Below are positions 36,136 to 38,376 of a stretch of DNA of 38,376 nt, piece by piece. Position numbers and translations under genes: made by a program. Positions within the stretch are counted from its first letter, which is position 1. Every line of letters begins with the position of its first letter. The notes below the pieces were generated by a model. It was not told where the DNA came from. It did no database searches and was given only the letters and a program-made list of their open reading frames with translations. Source of the stretch: a virus. Lineage: Duplodnaviria; Caudoviricetes. The stretch lies in IMG/VR virus record IMGVR_UViG_3300042343_001141, positions 1-38,376 of that record; one strand, given 5' to 3'.

Positions 36136-36404
36136 ACCTCCATCTCTTGCATGCGGGCCGCGTACTCCACGCTGCCCTTCGTGCCTTCCTTGACCTCGTA
36201 CCGGGACGGCACGTAATTGCCCCAGTAGTCGGTGTGGCCCTCCTCGCCAAGGATGCAGATCCCTGCCTCAATGGCGTACGCGGCCGCGCGTCCCACCGAT
36301 CCCTGCATGCGCCATGCCTGACCGGTGTCAATCAACTCCTGCAACGCTTCAACCGGATCAGCGGCCTCTTCGCGCAGGTACTTGAGCGTGTTCTCCGTGA
36401 ACAT
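36132..36404 (-). CDS. Conserved phage hypothetical protein (90 aa)
   Basis: AGGAG SD after HHR2; QELIDTGQAWRMQGSVGRAA is a motif seen in small early phage proteins. Confidence 0.8.
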   Translation of the reverse strand: MFTENTLKYLREEAADPVEALQELIDTGQAWRMQGSVGRAAAYAIEAGICILGEEGHTDYWGNYVPSRYEVKEGTKGSVEYAARMQEMEV

Positions 36405-36426
36405 GTTCTCTCCTGTTCTCGTGAGG

Positions 36427-36483
36427 GTCTGCCTCGTCAGTGCCGGGAGACTATCCCCGGCATACGCCTCGCGGCGTTTCGGC
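36427..36483 (-). ncRNA. Type II hammerhead ribozyme HHR2
   Basis: gcc GAAA cgcc-gcga-ggc GUA / ugccggg-gauagucu-cccggca CUGACGA ggc agac. Predicted cut 36463/36462. Confidence 0.93.
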
Positions 36484-36683
36484 TATTGGTACACCCCGGT
36501 CCCGTTGCACCCGCACGCTCCTTCGTCGCACATTGCGCCTTCAGAGAGCAGCATGGCGCAGCCATACTTTTCTGCGCGGTGCTCCTCGTGCTCCTCGCAA
36601 TACCACTTAATCTCACCGCTCTCGTTGTTGTCCGAGTAGTAAGCGGCCTCTTCGCCGCACCTACCGCACCTGTTATCCGTCAT
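36483..36683 (-). CDS. Small Cys-rich protein (66 aa)
   Basis: AAGGAGG SD; CGRC...CEEH...CDEGACGC; its TAG runs into HHR2. Confidence 0.72.
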   Translation of the reverse strand: MTDNRCGRCGEEAAYYSDNNESGEIKWYCEEHEEHRAEKYGCAMLLSEGAMCDEGACGCNGTGVYQ

Positions 36684-36701
36684 CCCTCTATCCTCCTTCA
36701 G

Positions 36702-36905
36702 CTATTCTCCGTCGTGGATTCTGAGCCTGATAGGATCCTGCGCGTGCTTCTTGCAAAGGGCCACCGTAAGATTCTCATCCTTCCTCTTGAACTCAAGCAC
36801 AAAGAGGCCCTTCTTGCCGACCATCTCGTCGCATCCGGCATCGTCTGCGTTCAGGCCTTGGCACCTCCACGCGCTCGCGCTTAGGTCAATCACGATATCT
36901 GCCAT
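36702..36905 (-). CDS. Hypothetical protein (MADIVIDL..., 67 aa)
   Basis: Start moved to ATG 36905 behind AGGAGG; C...C...CKKH possible Zn site. Confidence 0.72.
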   Translation of the reverse strand: MADIVIDLSASAWRCQGLNADDAGCDEMVGKKGLFVLEFKRKDENLTVALCKKHAQDPIRLRIHDGE

Positions 36906-36919
36906 GTTCTCCTCCTGTA

Positions 36920-36982
36920 TCGCCTGCCTCATCAGTCCCGGGTGGCGACTCCGGGAGACGGCCCTGTCACGGCCGTTTCGGC
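36920..36982 (-). ncRNA. Type II hammerhead ribozyme HHR3
   Basis: gcc GAAA cggcc-gugacag-ggcc GUC / ucccgg-agucgccac-ccggga CUGAUGA ggc a ggcga. Loop UCGCC pairs with tail GGCGA. Predicted cut 36957/36956. Confidence 0.93.
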
Positions 36983-37269
36983 TATCTCAATGCCTGCTCA
37001 GCCTGTGCGACCTTGATCTCAAGGCCCACCGGCCAATGGTAGCCACCCTCGTAGGCTTTTTCAAGACTCTGAATGAACTCCTGTACATAAGCGTCGTACG
37101 CCATGTCGTCGTTGGTGTGGCGCGATACGGTGAGCCCTGCCTGCAGCAGGTCAACCTCGTACGGCGCATCGCTCTCGCGAGAAGTCCGGTAGATCACGTC
37201 CACGCCATGCTCGTCGCGTAGGTTCTGGATCCGGTCCCATAGAGCCTGTCCCGGCCTGTATCTGCTCAC
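36982..37269 (-). CDS. Hypothetical protein (95 aa)
   Basis: Start moved to GTG 37269 behind AGGAGG; its TAG runs into HHR3. Confidence 0.72.
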   Translation of the reverse strand: MSRYRPGQALWDRIQNLRDEHGVDVIYRTSRESDAPYEVDLLQAGLTVSRHTNDDMAYDAYVQEFIQSLEKAYEGGYHWPVGLEIKVAQAEQALR

Positions 37270-37286
37270 TTTGCTACCTCCTGTAT

Positions 37287-37362
37287 TCACCTGCCTCATC
37301 AGGCCGGGTAGGTGAGTCCCCGGCGACCGGTGCTGAAGGGTTGCCTATGCACCGGTTTCGGC
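37287..37362 (-). ncRNA. Type II hammerhead ribozyme HHR4
   Basis: gcc GAAA ccggugc-(15 nt)-gcaccg GUC / gccggg-gacucaccua-cccggc CUGAUGA ggc agguga. Loop UCACCU pairs with tail AGGUGA. Predicted cut 37325/37324. Confidence 0.93.
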
Positions 37363-37610
37363 TAGATGAAGTCCTGCCTGCCGATCGTGACCTCAAAGAA
37401 GCACGAACTGCAGAACTCCACGGTTTCTTTGCGTCCGTTCGCACCCTCCACGATGCACTCGTGCTGGATGCCGCCCGGTCGCTGAACGTATCCCCGGCTC
37501 ATGCAGCGTTCGCAGTTTCCGGGCGAGGCCTTGCTATGGGCTGTGCTCGTGAAACTCCTGTCCTCAGGTACGCGGACGATGATCTCCGGGATCCTCTTGA
37601 CTGCCTTCAT
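37362..37610 (-). CDS. Hypothetical zinc-finger protein (82 aa)
   Basis: AGGAGG SD after HHR5; CERC...CSSC; its TAG runs into HHR4. Confidence 0.75.
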   Translation of the reverse strand: MKAVKRIPEIIVRVPEDRSFTSTAHSKASPGNCERCMSRGYVQRPGGIQHECIVEGANGRKETVEFCSSCFFEVTIGRQDFI

Positions 37611-37620
37611 GCGACCTCCT

Positions 37621-37696
37621 GCCCCATGTCCTCATCAGCCGGAGTGGGGGGCTCTCCACGCCGGGACCGGCACGCCCGAAGGCGCACCGGTTTCGG
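37621..37696 (-). ncRNA. Type II hammerhead ribozyme HHR5
   Basis: cc GAAA ccggugcgcc-uucg-ggcgugccg GUC / ccgg-c-gugg-agagcccc-ccac-u-ccgg CUGAUGA gg acau ggggc. Loop GCCCC pairs with tail GGGGC; stem II is only 2 bp. Predicted cut 37665/37664. Confidence 0.87.
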
Positions 37697-37853
37697 TTGG
37701 AGGTCTGTTCTGTATTCACCTGTTCAGGGACTCTGGCCGGCTCCCCGGTGGCCTCTTGGATCTGGGCTCTCCGGTCACCCCGGCTCCCTCGTCCTCACTG
37801 GCCCCGGTGCTCTCGCTCTGCTTGCGGCGATTCGCACCGGTTCGTCTGCGTCA

Positions 37854-37883
37854 AGAATGCACCCTGCGAATAGGCCACGTCAA
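37854..37883 (-). promoter_or_regulatory. Candidate sigma70 promoter of the ribozyme-containing early operon
   Basis: Minus strand reads TTGACG, 18-bp spacer, CATTCT. The spacer shares tggccta...ggtg with the promoter at 34767-34795. Confidence 0.55.
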
Positions 37884-37884
37884 G

Positions 37885-38376
37885 GTAAGAGATCTTAACA
37901 ATTGCGTAACAATCATGCTCGCTGTAACACTGGAAGGATAAGGTCTCTTAACAATCCAGTGGTCGTGCTCAGCCCGGTGTGAGCGTGGCTTGGTGTGAGG
38001 ATGGCTCAGGTTCATGGGCTGAATGTGAGGACCTCTCACGTGGCTGTGGCGGGCTGCCGGTGGGCGTGGGGGGTGTATCCTCAGGTCCCACGATCAGCAC
38101 TGGCACTGGCCACCACCATGGGCCAAAGGCCCCTGCACCACAGCAACCACCCCCACCCGGACAGAGGTTGCCCTGCGCTGCATGCTCCCCCCCTGTATCC
38201 CTCGTGGACTGAGCACGTGGTGGGGGGGGGTATGCCCATATCCAAGGTGCCCCCGGATGGGGCAGCGAGGTTATGTGCGCGCGTCGGGGGGGTTACACCC
38301 CCCCTCACACCCGGGCCCAATAGGTGTCCAAGGCATTGTTAAGCTGCGCTAACCATTTCTTTACCACACAGATTGG
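37885..38376. other. Non-coding control/terminal region with short direct repeats and G/C homopolymer tracts
   Basis: No credible ORF; TAACA repeats, ggtgtgag..tggct repeats, a G9 tract and a G7-TTACA-C7 inverted repeat. Confidence 0.55.

Noticed and set aside
36906-37299. ORF-track starts at 36932 and 37299
   Set aside because: Both ATGs are the AUG inside the ribozyme CUGAUGA core and lack an SD. Starts at 36905 and 37269 follow AGGAGG.
35825-37700. Reading the intergenic repeats as a CRISPR array, REP elements or intrinsic terminators
   Set aside because: Spacing is 340-580 bp with ORFs in between, there are no U-tracts, and the conserved positions are exactly the hammerhead core while the stems covary.
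35137-37941. Plus-strand ORFs over the early region (e.g. 35137-35778, 36147-36884, 37341-37898)
   Set aside because: SD sequences, gene coupling, promoters and ribozyme polarity all point to the minus strand.
1-38376. Integrase, repressor, tRNA genes, DGR or alternative genetic code
   Set aside because: None recognised. Genes tile densely under the standard code and use all three stop codons, and no reverse transcriptase is present.

Overview
This window is most of a tailed dsDNA bacteriophage genome (Caudoviricetes), and it starts inside a gene. The + strand (1-33865) carries tail-fibre genes and a GT4 glycosyltransferase, large terminase, portal, two large internal-virion proteins (953 and 2505 aa), scaffold, an N4-gp56-type major capsid protein, adaptor and baseplate-like genes. 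It continues with a nucleotide-metabolism trio, a C39-peptidase/holin lysis cassette and a sigma70-promoted replication/recombination operon (Cas4-like nuclease, annealing protein, DnaB, SSB, RepB-type primase). The - strand (about 37850 to 33929) is an early-type array of small unknown ORFs. The main finding is in that array: five intergenic elements are complete type II hammerhead ribozymes (GAAA - stem III - GUH - stem I - CUGAYGA) with a covarying loop I/3'-tail pseudoknot. Each sits just upstream of a Shine-Dalgarno sequence, and four begin at the upstream gene's UAG stop. They are predicted to cut the polycistronic early transcript into cassette mRNAs without protein. The 2505-aa protein looks like a polyvalent injected effector with putative SAM-lyase-like, HhH DNA-glycosylase-like and zincin peptidase domains. 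I recognised no integrase, repressor, DNA polymerase, tRNA or CRISPR array. All calls come from reading motifs by eye; no searches were run.
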